Below, piece by piece: positions 1 through 11,521 of a stretch of 64,000 bases of DNA. Position 1 is the stretch's first letter, and each line of letters begins with the position of its first letter. The translations under genes were made by a program, and so were the position numbers. Origin of the DNA: Toensbergia leucococca (taxonomy: Eukaryota). Under the pieces are notes generated by a model. That model made no database searches and had not been told where the DNA came from. It saw only the letters and a list, made by a program, of their open reading frames with translations. Location of the stretch: the NCBI GenBank assembly GCA_022813965.1, contig JALDZS010000100.1:1-64000 (forward strand). Direction: 5' to 3'.

Positions 1-1293
1 GATATGGACCGAAATATCTGCTGAGCAGCTAGGTGCGGATACAATGCATTTCGAAATCGAGGTCGAGGCATATGATGATGAGGGTGCGGCGGAGACACGA
101 AAGGCAAAGGTCATAGTGCTTAGAAGTCGAGACGAAACGGCAGAGCAAGCTGCACCGGTAAGTTCCGGGAAGGGGTTGAATTATTTGCAACACGTTACTC
201 AAATTTGCCTTTGGTATCGGCAGAGACGAGTAGATTGTAGTCAGAAATGATCCATGTTCTTTGCCACATCCTCGGAAAGACTTTTGACAGTCTAATGCTG
301 GTTAGAGTGAAGGCGCAATTTCGAGTCTCATGTCTCTTCGCCGTGTAAGAATGCAAGCGTCATAAAAGGATTCTTGACTAATTCACCTACTGCTGCCAAA
401 GCATTATGGCGCCATTATAGTTCCTCTTCCTCGACGGCTGAGACTTCTTTAGGAATTTTTCTTCTCTTAATCAATAGATTTTTGCTCCTCTTCGAGCCTC
501 TCGATCGCACACGCTCAAAAAAGATACGTGACAAGCTTCAAGTTGGGATTAATATTTGAAAGAACAAGCAGAACAGAAGGGGACAGGGACAAATACTCGC
601 CAAGTGAGGGAGTTCCTTGCAATTGACGGAAATCTGAATACAATTGAAGCCAAGTATCTACGGTTAGAGAGTAGCAAGGGGAGAATTGGGAACGGACTGT
701 GCAGAGCGGCCTGTCGACGGAGTGCCAGGTAATCCCACTTTCAGCATAGACCCTGTCTGGATTTGAAAGGTCGAGGATTCCGGTTTCGACGCACCTGAGT
801 CCCAAAATTAGGCACCGGTTCATCGTCGTCTAACGTTGATGAAAAGGCACGACGAGACAAATAGTCAGAGGTTACCTGATTTGATTGTTGAATTAAATAC
901 AAGAGAAAAGAAGCTGAGCAGAGTGAACAGCAAAGATGATTCGAGCCCACAGAGGCAGCAATGCTGACTAGCTCCCTCGGGACTATAATAGCGCCAACGG
1001 AAAATATCTGATGTCTTGCTTCCGGTGTTCCCAAGAGAGAGACATCAAGAAAACATGCTCATGTACGTTAGGTGGAAGCACAAATTTGAAAAACGCGTCA
1101 AGAGACTCTTTTAGCCTTATGTGTTGTAGTGAATGAATCCGATGTCACAGCTAACACATACTTTGGTGAATGTCCTTCTAACACCTCCCTGCCCCTTTCA
1201 TCAACAATCAACAAACCACATGTGTTTCTTGAATTACTTTGGCAGGAACCATCTCTCTCGGAGTCGACACTGATCGACATAAATTCAGTAAAG

Positions 1294-2715
1294 ATGTCTT
1301 GTCACATCAACAAGCTACCCAATGAACTCCTCCGCAACATCTTTCAGAGACTTCGAAATGGCTACACGCCAAGTGAGCTCAAAGAAGTTCTTTCCTGCCT
1401 CACATGTTGCCGCCACTGGCAGCGCATCGCAGAACCCGTCCTACGCACCGATATCGTTTTGAGCAATTCTAATATTTCTTCATTCATCTCCAATACCACT
1501 CCGGAGAATGCACTTTTTGTTTATTCTTTGACGATTCGAATCACACCGATAGTGGTAGCATCAGAGCCAAGGTCTTGCGTCAGCGCCATTGGGGTTGAAC
1601 CTGAGTTGATGGAAGAGATGATGAAAGACGACGGCACCATACCTTATCAAAATCATTGGGAAACTAGGATTCTCTGGCAAAGTCTCCACAATCTGACAGC
1701 AAGCGTAGTGGAGATGACCCACCTAACTACCTTCTCACTAGTTGTTGTTCCAACAAAGCTCATGTCCAGTGGCTTCTGGTTGCGGCGAAAGGAGTTGAGC
1801 AAGCTGATATGTTCTCTGCCCGAGTCTTGCATCAATGTCGAGCTTGATACATGTGGGTATGATCGTGTCACGACAGGCAGTGAAGACCTATGCAAGACGC
1901 TAAGGGGTATCATGCCGCGCTTAGAGCACTTAAGACTGTCATTAGCCATGCTCTGCGACTCGCTGTTCCTAGTGGAGAGGCCATCTACACTGGCACCGTC
2001 AAGCCAATATGAACAGAGCTTCCACGTTAGCGCGCCTCGTCTCCACACTCTGACAATTGCCCTATTCTGTGGCAAACCTGAACCATCTGCCGTTTTGTGT
2101 TCTCCTTCTTTGAATGATAGCTTCGCTCTTACTATGGGTATATGGCCCGCACCGGTTCCCGCCTTCTACAAAATTATCTCCACCGCCAAAGCAGCGTATG
2201 TGGCGGGCTCCTTTCCAAATGCTATCAAAATCGCTATCTTCGATCACGTATCTCGCCATGACCAAGGCGATGAATTTGAATACGAAACTCTAAATGAGCG
2301 TAATATAATTACGAACCAGACGCAGAGGATGCCATACAAGAGTGTCAGTCAAGAGCCACGGAGTATTCTTTTGCGGTGCAAAGATCGAAAAGGTGATGAT
2401 AGGGAGGTTTATGGGGATTTTCGTGAGGTTTATCAGATTGCTGAAGGGCCTGTCTTCCTTACGACGTTCACAAACTCTCGTTTCCCGGCTTCTTTTGCCT
2501 CGGCACCGGCTATAGCAGATGCTGGCTATTTGTTGAAGGATGTGCATACGGACGTCGATGATCGCGAGGCTTTCCATGCAAGTCATCGATTTTCGAGCAT
2601 TTTGTGGGTTAGGGAACGCCTTGCAGGGAAAACTTTGCTTGGAGTCAAGGTGGAGGAGGGCTTGGATGGGACAGAATCGGTGAGGGAGGATGAGGCAGGA
2701 ACCTGGCGAGCCTAA
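1294..2715 (+). CDS. F-box domain protein (intronless), unknown C-terminal substrate-binding region
   Basis: Long ORF; first ATG at 1294 gives MSCHINKLPNELLRNIF...CLTCCRHWQRIAEPVL, a typical fungal N-terminal F-box motif, followed by degenerate LRR-like segments (LEHLRLSL, LHTLTIAL). Confidence 0.8.
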   Translation: MSCHINKLPNELLRNIFQRLRNGYTPSELKEVLSCLTCCRHWQRIAEPVLRTDIVLSNSNISSFISNTTPENALFVYSLTIRITPIVVASEPRSCVSAIGVEPELMEEMMKDDGTIPYQNHWETRILWQSLHNLTASVVEMTHLTTFSLVVVPTKLMSSGFWLRRKELSKLICSLPESCINVELDTCGYDRVTTGSEDLCKTLRGIMPRLEHLRLSLAMLCDSLFLVERPSTLAPSSQYEQSFHVSAPRLHTLTIALFCGKPEPSAVLCSPSLNDSFALTMGIWPAPVPAFYKIISTAKAAYVAGSFPNAIKIAIFDHVSRHDQGDEFEYETLNERNIITNQTQRMPYKSVSQEPRSILLRCKDRKGDDREVYGDFREVYQIAEGPVFLTTFTNSRFPASFASAPAIADAGYLLKDVHTDVDDREAFHASHRFSSILWVRERLAGKTLLGVKVEEGLDGTESVREDEAGTWRA

Positions 2716-3182
2716 GAAGATCGATTAGTCCGACAAAGGATTGACTACGCTGCATCAGATTGGACTTGGGTAGTGATCTCTTGTTTGGCAAATAATCGTA
2801 AGCTTGTGTACTCTAATAAGGTGGTGAGCTCTGTGAAGTCTGATGGTGCGGGTGCTCGAAGGTGAACGGTTCCATACCAGTAAAGTAGGTAGTGATTGGC
2901 TGGACAAGTTTGCAATAAACATGCCACATAGGTAGCCTTCTTTCCCTTGAATAGGTGCTTGTGACCACTTAAGCAGTAAGTGAGGACTTATCGATTCAGC
3001 GATTTGAGATGGTCAAATGATACGAGAGGTTGTGCGTGGGATAGCTCCTATGGAGACTTCTTCTATTCTCTAAGCTTGCTACGATTCACTACAATAACAG
3101 CTACGGCTCCGTCGTCATCTTGGATCTTGTCAAGGTGATCCCCCCTCCGTCGAGTATCAACTTTCCAATCCACCTCCTCTTC

Positions 3183-6100
3183 TCATACATTGAAAGGGAA
3201 GATATTTGTATTGAAGGATGGATCAAAAGTCCATACCGCGCAATTACTCGTAATGGTCTCTCCTTGTTTGAATCGCGTGCTGTCCCGGTCGCACTGATCG
3301 ATCGTTTTTCTCAGGATGCGTCCACAGTCTTGCGTCGGACTATCTCCGTCGATGACAAACTCGCACCCGTTGGTCACAGTGACACTCACTACGATGTTGA
3401 CCAAACCGTCATCTGCAGGGGATTGGAGTTCGATATGTCGTTGAGTGACATTGTCGTATGACAGAACTCTACCTGAAAACAAGGTACAGAAACTGTTCAA
3501 GGCTTTGATGGCGTCACCGCGGCCAACCATTGAGCCACTATTGAAGCAGTGGAGAGATTCTGTAGCAAGGTTTGGCCGAGGGGGCGATGGATTTGGTGGC
3601 GGGGAGGGCCTAGGTGGGGAAGGGCCCGGAGGGATTGAAACAGTTGAGAGAGCTGAGACTATGGATGTCACGTAAGAGATGACTGAGTGACTGACGCCGA
3701 GACAGTCGTTGTGGCGGAGGATAACGATAATGAGCTAGAGTCTCCTCCATCTCCATCCCCGTCTATGAGGGTGACCTGTGGTAAACCAAATTCGATATCA
3801 CAATCATCGTCAAGTTCCTCTTCTTCCTCATCTTGAGGATCATCCTCGTTTGGACCTGAGTCGGGCCCCGCGGTTGTCTGAGGCCCAGGGGCAGTCGCTG
3901 GTGGTGGTGGAGGGTCGATTGGGTCAGGGAAGTCATCTCCCGCATCGGTACAATCAATCAGGCAAGGGCCACCGCAAAACACTACACATGGCTTGCCACA
4001 TAGAAGCTTACAAGGAGGGCCTGGTGGACCAGACTTATAGGTGACAGTTGGGAAACTTTCGGCGCTTGATATCTTCGTCGATTGATCGTCACCTCCAGAG
4101 GTGGTAAAATAGGGATAAGGCGGGGGCGTAATGGTCCGCGTAATGGGCGGGTGCATTACGCCTTGCTGACTTAAAGGATCCGGATCATCTGTTATGGTGA
4201 AGGGTGGCGGCAGGATACTGCTCATTACGGTGAAGGTAATGGATGGTTCGGTTGTGTCCGTTACCTTGTAAGCGAAGACTTCAATTTCATTTGTTGTCAC
4301 GGGAGGTATCATTATAGTGGTTGTCTCGGTAATGATCGTCATGATACTCGCTATTGAAATTGCACCATCGCTTTCTGTCATAGTCTGCAACGTGGTCCAT
4401 GCAACCTCGAGAGAAGTCGTCAAGGGCGGCATAATTATGGTTGTTGGTGTCGACAGTTGCAACGGAGGCAGGATAAACCTACAAGGCGGCTGGCAGTATA
4501 TGACCGGGTTCTGCTCGACCCAAATGCTTGGGTCGATATACACGTCGTTTGAAGAGCCCGAGCCCGAGCTTGTGCTACTCTGACCTCCATTGCCTCCCGG
4601 ATCTGTAGACGTTACGTTGGACCCACCATCAGGAGTATTGCCGCTGCCCGGACTGTTAGCTTTATGAAGGCTAATAGCGCGTAGGCATTACAAACCTCCC
4701 TGGTCTGGAGTTCAAATCAATGCTCCAGATCATGGTGCCACCAAAACAACGTTCATTGGCTCAGGCTGTTTTGAGAGCTATGGTGTCGGTGTCGTCATAA
4801 CCAATCCATTGATCGTCCCAAGTAATCTGTTTGACCATCGGATCCGAAAGCAATTCAGGGACGAGGCCTCTCTCCCTTATGATTGTTTCAATCTCGATGT
4901 TTGACATAATGCCCGTGAAATTCGTGCAAAGACCAGGATCGCTCGGCCCGTTGAATTTGCAACCCATGGAGGCACAAGAAGGACCTGCCAGCGTATATCC
5001 ACGACCATAGTAGGCTAGTCCAAAGTTGATTTTAGCGGGATTAAGCCCATCGAACCAAAGAGGCAACGTATCATTATTGATCTCCCGAATGTCTGTTTGT
5101 GGGCGAACGATGGAACCCAGAGTTCGGATGTCAGCATCCCATGAGCCATGAAGGTCGTATGCCATGAAGCCGAAGAAATCCACGTATGGTTCCATTGCCT
5201 TTGGGTCAAAGCCTCGAAGGTACCAGAAATCAGGGGCCAAAGTGGCACTGATGCCGTACCGACTGCCAAGAGCCACTCGCATTTTCTGGACGAGATAGAC
5301 AAGGTTTTGCGTATCCTGCGATTTACCACCACGATCACTTGTAGCTGGATACTCCCAATCTAGATCGACACCCTGGAAGCCAAATTCAAGCAGAAAGATT
5401 TCCAGAGATGCAATGAAAATTGCACGATTAGCTTGGGTAGAGGTCATATCACTCCAGGTCGTCCTCGTTGGGCCAGGGTCACTAAAGTCAAAGCCCCCAA
5501 TTGCAATCCAGGTTTGCATTGAGGAAGTTTTGAGAGCGGTAAATGGCCTATAGAGGCCCAAGTCTTCCGAATTAGCTGGCACGACATCGAAGGAAACCGG
5601 GTCTATACTTGCAAAAGCGAAATACAGATGTGTCAAACCAGTCGTATCAATTTGTGCAGGACTTATTCTGTTGCACCGGCGATCCCGAACGTTGGCCGCT
5701 TGGTAGTAAGCGACTTTCCGACCACCACTGGCCGTTCCACTCCCCTCGCCACAGGAAGGAGGGGGCACAATTTGACAAAGTCCAAAGCCTTGCTGACAAG
5801 GAGTCTGGCCAATCTCCGGCTCCGGGTCACTGCAGTGGATAGGATCTGTCTATCTTGAGGTTAGTAGAGAATCTTGTGTAGAGGAATGACATGCCTCACT
5901 CCACACCAGCCATAATAGGAGCAACACAAGTTCAGCCCACACTTGATGACTCCACCTATGGAGTCAACTCCACACATAGCTTTGGCATTACAGTTGGAAA
6001 TGCAATTTCCCCCACAGTTATAATCACGGTAACCACATTTGCCATCCATACTGCAGCAGCTACCATCTACGCAGGGATTGCCTATGCCGCATTCAGTTGG

Positions 6101-7470
6101 CCCATCGATTCGTTTATGGATTCGCGGATAGCTGATAAATGGAAGTGCAAGTGAGCTCAAGGCCGGCTTGTGCGATGATTGCGAATTGTTCGCAGCCTCT
6201 TGAAACGTCAAGTTGTGCCCTACTGTCGCGTTCCCATTGATTTGGCCTAGGATATATTCTCGTGAGATGTCAATGATGGGGAGCGGTGGGGCGACCTGTA
6301 GATTCTGTTGTCCAGGCGCAGAAAGCGAAGTATTGCCAGCACTCTGACGAGAAAGTAAGTGTACAGGTTCTCGACTCATAAGTCTCCTTCTTCTTGAGGC
6401 AGTTCCATTGTCCCAGTGGCTTTCCGTCACTTTAAAGGCTCGTCTTGGGGGCTGCGTTGGGTCAGTAGCAAAAATTTTAAACACTGATCGTTTCTGATAA
6501 GCATCGACGAAGTGACCTGTCCCACCAAGATCAACCCATTCAACCATGGTAGCAGGGGCTTTTTCGTCCACCACAGTTTCTACTCTAAAATGGAAAGTGA
6601 ATATGCCTGTGGAGTCCCAATTAGGACCCACGTGTCTCTATAACACGTGAGTGACTCTGAACTCCCACGACAGCAATGAGACAAGGTCCAAGAAAAAAAA
6701 GGAATCCTTACCCTCAACGACGAGTGAGCAAGGGCCTGGAAATTTTGTTCAGATGCAACACTTGGAGGACCCAGAGCTGTATTGCAGGCTGTACTCTGAG
6801 GTGCGCAGAAGGTATACCCACCTGCCCCCCCTTCGACAGTGCTGTTCTTGTCAGGAGCGATACAATGTTGCAGATTTCGAGAGACTAACGAAGCTGGTGG
6901 CCATTCATCACAAGTCCACATCATCCCTGATGACACTCCCGTCCCAATTCCGCTAGCAATTATGTTAGACCTAGAATCATTTCGTGGTACGTTAGGGTAC
7001 AGCAGATAGCCTTCGAAGCTACCACCAGACTTTTGACCCGGCAGTAATTGTGAAACCGGAACTAATATGTTCTTTGGATCATAAACCTTCCCTTGGGGAA
7101 CAACGTCCGGCTGGCCAGTTTGGGGACATGGGTGCATAGTCTTCCAGGTACCAGAAGGACACTGGATATTTCTCCTACCAACGTTGCGACTTGCATCAGT
7201 ATCATAATTAAGCTCGATATGGTCTACTCCATCTAATTTGCCATCCTTAATATTATTGCGTTGTGCCACGTTCATGCAGATTGACGGAAGCTTTGCACAG
7301 TTGTATATCAGCGTGGGTATTCCATTTGGGTTCGTAGCCACTGGTGTGCCTGAGTACTCGACGACTCCATTGACGGTTGATGTGCTGTCGGCAGCACAGA
7401 ACGAGAACATAACGAGAAACCACAAAGTGAACCCGAGGCAGACATGGCAACTAGGCATAGGGAACAGCAT
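3183..7470 (-). pseudogene. Disrupted secreted subgroup-C GH18 chitinase: signal peptide - NucA/NucB-like DNase domain - Kex2-type sites - 2x CBM18 - GH18 - Thr/Pro-rich region - Cys-containing C-terminal domain
   Basis: Exons 7470-6890, 6841-6712, 6637-5900, 5849-4696, 4643-3183 with GT..AG introns (48, 74, 50, 52 nt). CDEWPPAS|TVEGG nuclease motif (~6830-6912); hevein-like CCSMDGKCG and CCSYYGWCG; GH18 IAIGG, GVDLDWEYP (~5346-5372), MAYDLHG. In-frame TGA at 4761-4763 within LKTA*ANERCFGGTMIWSID, and a 1-nt frameshift near 3670 (spliced length 4064 nt, one short of 1355 codons). Confidence 0.85.
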
Positions 7471-7714
7471 GGTGGAAGGGATGGCATCAAAACGAAACGT
7501 TCTATTCTTCGCAATCGAAAGTGTTGGGCTAGTGATTTTACATGTCAAGCTAGGAAATATAAACAGATGGGTGAATGATATATGAGCTGAACACTTTTCT
7601 GTTTTGTTTGGGGCTAGACGATAAGGAGTACTTGTAGATGGAAGAAGACCCGGTATCAACCTACTCAGAATAACTCGGACTTACCCAGAGTCATCTTTTC
7701 CTCATGTTTTCTGC

Positions 7715-8770
7715 ATGCACGTCTCTGTTATGTATCGCGGCGGCTTTCTGCTCACATACTTGAGCATTACCCTAGCAATTTCATCGTCCTCGACGAAGAA
7801 TCTTTTCCCTCGACAACAGCTCTCAGAATGCCACCTCGAAATTCCAACAGATATTTGGACCCAGTGTCAAGACTTATTGACCTCATACAACATTTCCTTG
7901 GCGTACTTTTTCTATGCCAACCCGAACGTGACATACAATTGCGGAGCATTTCTGCCAGGTGATCAGTACTGTATCACTCGAGGTCAGCAAACTGCATATC
8001 TTTTGCCAAACGGCTCTAATGACTACTTGAAGCGTATGGAAGCCCTGTAAATGTCTCAATGGACGCGGGTTGTGGCAAGCAACGCAATTGGACTGTGACC
8101 TGCGTTGGATCGGCTTTTGGAGACTGTTGCAGTGCTTCAGGAAAGTAAGTAACTCATGATTTTAGACTTGGTTAAGGAATTTATCTGTGCTCTAGCTGTG
8201 GGAATACTTCTGACTTTTGCGGAATTGGTTCCTGCCAAGAAGGCAGCTGTGACGGTGGCATACCATACTCGACGGATGGACGCTGTGGCCAGGATTTTGA
8301 CTACGTTGAATGTGGGCCAAACTTCGGTAACTGTTGCTCAAGTGATGGATGGTACGTCCTTGTACGACTGTTCAAGTACCTGAATATGTAGATCTAACAT
8401 GAATAGGTGCGGTTCAGACTCGGTTCATTGTGGCACAGGCTGTCAAAGCGGGCTCTGCACTGCGTCCTCAGGTTCGAAATCTACAGCTTCTGCATCAACT
8501 TCAACTGCTCCAGCATTCAGTGTAAGCCCCGATGGAACTTGCGGCTATACCAACCGGTACATCTGTAATGGGTCCTCTTCCGGAGATTGCTGCTCTGCCG
8601 CTGGATATTGCGGTAAATCAATGTACTTTTGTGATGATCTGCTTGGATGGTGGGTGGCTCAGAACTCTCGAAAGACCATTGAAAATATTCTTACCAGAAA
8701 TAGTCAGACAAGTTTGGGAACATGCAATAAGACAGTCAATTCAGCCACTAGCTCATCATCTTTCAGCTGA
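7715..8770 (+). CDS. Secreted LysM + 3x CBM18 (hevein-like) chitin-binding protein
   Basis: Signal peptide; fungal LysM-type C..LL..YNISL..F...NPNV...C..FLPGDQYC; three CBM18 units (DAGCG..CVGSAFGDCCSASG; DGRCG..FGNCCSSDGWCG; DGTCG..GDCCSAAGYCG) joined across four GT-AG introns (donors near 7983, 8144, 8352, 8650). Confidence 0.85.
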
Positions 8771-9125
8771 AATCAAGCCTAGAGGAGCAGATTAGAGAAA
8801 GAGTCGTGTTTCCGTTACCGCGGCAAACATGCTCTAGAGTATTGTGTACTCGTATGTTGAGAATCCTGTGCAGATTCACGATATGAGTAGTCGAGAGGGT
8901 CAAGCGATTCTATGGGAGTAAGACGTCTACCTATGTATTGGTGTTTTTAGATAGCGAACTCTGGTCATTGTAGTCTTTTACGGGGTATCTGAGTACGAGT
9001 ATGGATACGGATACTCCTACCTGGAAATTGAGGAACCTAATTCACGTGGGGTGGATTTCCTGACTACCGTAGAAATTCACTACCGTCACCTACCTTAAGA
9101 TTCTGTTAAGTGTACCTAGGCACTA

Positions 9126-9748
9126 GAAGGTGTTACCCCTCCATCGGCTAAACCCATCACTCAGCCAACCCTATAGGGCTGAGCAGGCAAATTTTCGCGA
9201 TTTTCTCTCCGTCACGTATTATCACCTTCATACTGACTTTTTCACCTCCATACTGACTATCTAAGTATTCTATTTGGTTGTATCAACCTCCCAGTCCTAC
9301 TGTATCGTCCTGATACCTTGTTGACCTCCTTCTGAGCCTTCTTTCAAGCCTCCTTCTCAGCCTCCTGCACCTGTTCTGTCACCGTGATCCTGAGTACTAC
9401 CATCAGTGTACAAAGGTGAGGAGGAGGAAGAGGTGATTGATGAAGGCCCTTCCTCATGATCTAGCTGATATCTTATGAATGAGAGACTCAGGAACACTCA
9501 GGGGTGGAGGAGGATTCGGAGGATAAATGGGGTGTATTCAGAGGAGCGGGAGGAACCTTAGGTGAGGGGGTTGAGGAAGAGGAAGAGGATTGATGAGGTA
9601 GATCTCACATAATGATTGCTAATGATGTTGTTGGGGTATGAAAATAACGATAGAATAGGTAATGGAGAGAAAATCGCGAAAATTTGCCTGCTCAGCCCTA
9701 TAGGGTTGGCTGAGTGATGGGTTTGGCCGATGGAGGGGTAACACCTTC
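9126..9748. mobile_element. Non-autonomous DNA transposon (MITE), Tc1/mariner-type by TA target-site duplication
   Basis: ~85-bp terminal inverted repeats (9126-9210 vs 9664-9748; GAAGGTGTTACCCCTCCATCGG...) with one mismatch, flanked by TA at 9124-9125 and 9749-9750; 623 bp, no transposase ORF. Confidence 0.9.
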
Positions 9749-9832
9749 TACCTAGATAGGTACGGAGTAGGAGCATCGGATTGCACTTGCAAAATATTGT
9801 AGCAAAAATTAGGAGTTTTGCAACAACTAGCC

Positions 9833-11521
9833 ATGTCAATGATCACAGCGACTGTGTGGGTGCCGCGAGGATCAGCCGCTGCCTTTCCCACGAAATATGA
9901 CGTTGACGAGAAAGAGCTGGCGCGGATCTCGAATCTTGCAAAATTACATCTTGACGATGCGAAAGACGACTATGATGTTGCAAGAGGTGAACACAACGAT
10001 CGAGCAGAAACAGAAGACCTGTCGGATGCTGAGCAAGATACAGTAGTGCTGCCGCGGTCAAAAGAGTTCGAGATCCACTAATTCTTCTACTATCGTGTTG
10101 AAAAAGCCCTAACCCTGATCTTTGCGCCCAGGGATGCCGACGACGACCTCCGAGAGTATGACCTCGAACACTACGACAGCGATACCGGCAATGGCGATGG
10201 AGAGTTGATGTCTATGTTTGGAAATGCCCGATCCTTAGCATATCATGAATCAAATTCTGAAGACCCATACATCACCCTGCACGAGAAGGAGGATGAGGAC
10301 GAGGAGAGAGAAGAGCTACAGATTCTGGCTACAGACAATATGCTAGTGGCCGCAAAGGTAGAGGACGAGGTGGCGCACCTAGAAATATACGTGTATGAGG
10401 ACGAGGCAGACAATCTTTATGTTCACCACGATATCATGCTACCGGCGATACCTTTATGTGTCGAATGGTTGGATCTACCACTAGGCAAAGGTGATAGGGA
10501 TCAAGAACCAAAAGGAAATTATGTAGCGGTGGGAACATTTGACCCTGATATAGAAATATGGGATCTTGACACGATCGATTGCATGTATCCTAACGCAATA
10601 CTCGGTCAAGGAGGTCAGGACGGTAAAACAGTCTTAGGACAAGAAAAAAAACCCAAAAAGAGAAAGAGATCCAAGAAGGCCAATGACGATTATCATGTCG
10701 ACGCAATATTATCTTTGGCTGCAAACAGACATCATCGCAGTCTTTTGGCTTCTGCTTCGGCCGATAAAACCGTAAAATTATGGGACCTCAGCACCACACA
10801 GTGTGCGAAGTCTTACACGTACCACACTGATAAAGTCTGCTCCATAGCGTGGCATCCTAGAGAGACGACAACTTTGCTAAGTGGAAGCTATGATCGGACT
10901 GTGGTAGCCGCAGACATGCGAGCACCTGACGCCAAAGTACCAAGGTGGGGTGTGGAAAGCGATGTCGAGACAGTGACATGGGACATACATGATCCTAATT
11001 TTTTCTACATCACCACCGAGAAAGGTATAATACACTTTCACGACGTTCGGAACGCCCCATCCTCCCCCGGCGCGTCAAGACCTGTTTGGACACTTCAAGC
11101 CCATGACGAATCCATCTCTTCCTTTGATATCAATCCTATTATTCCGGGATTTTTAGCGACAGGGTCAACAGATAAAGAGGTGAAATTGTGGAATGTTGAA
11201 CCAAATGGGCCGAGTATGGTCGTCTCACGGAACCTAGATGTGGGGAAGATCTTTTCCACCAAATTTGCACCTGATCCCGAGGTAGCGTTCAGGCTGGTAG
11301 TGGCGGGTAGCAAAGGAACAATCCAGGTCTGGGATACTTCGACCAACGCTGCCGTACGTCGACTGTTTGCAAATCGCATGGCACCCGTGGATGGGGAGAT
11401 AATTGAAAGGCTTGTGGGTGTAGAGGAGGACAGCAGTGACTCGGAAGAGGAAGGAGGTGTTGAACCGGGCGGGAAAGATGGTGGAGGAGAAAATGAATGG
11501 GGATCAATGGATGAGGATTGA
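9833..11521 (+). CDS. PWP1: Periodic tryptophan protein 1, WD40 ribosome-biogenesis factor
   Basis: MSMITATVWVPRG start; intron 10066-10131; YVHHDIMLPAIPLCVEWLD, IEIWDLD, ASASADKTVKLWDL, WD repeats and acidic tail. Confidence 0.95.

Noticed and set aside
44..1100. Short ORFs at the window start
   Set aside because: No recognisable motifs or consistent splice structure.
4761..4763. RIP as the cause of the chitinase stop codon
   Set aside because: TGG to TGA is a CpC-context change on the opposite strand; canonical RIP (CpA to TpA) would give TAG, and the gene is not visibly TpA-enriched.
1..9750. Starship or other giant mobile element carrying the accessory block
   Set aside because: No tyrosine-recombinase captain or boundary repeats are visible in this window; the left context is missing.
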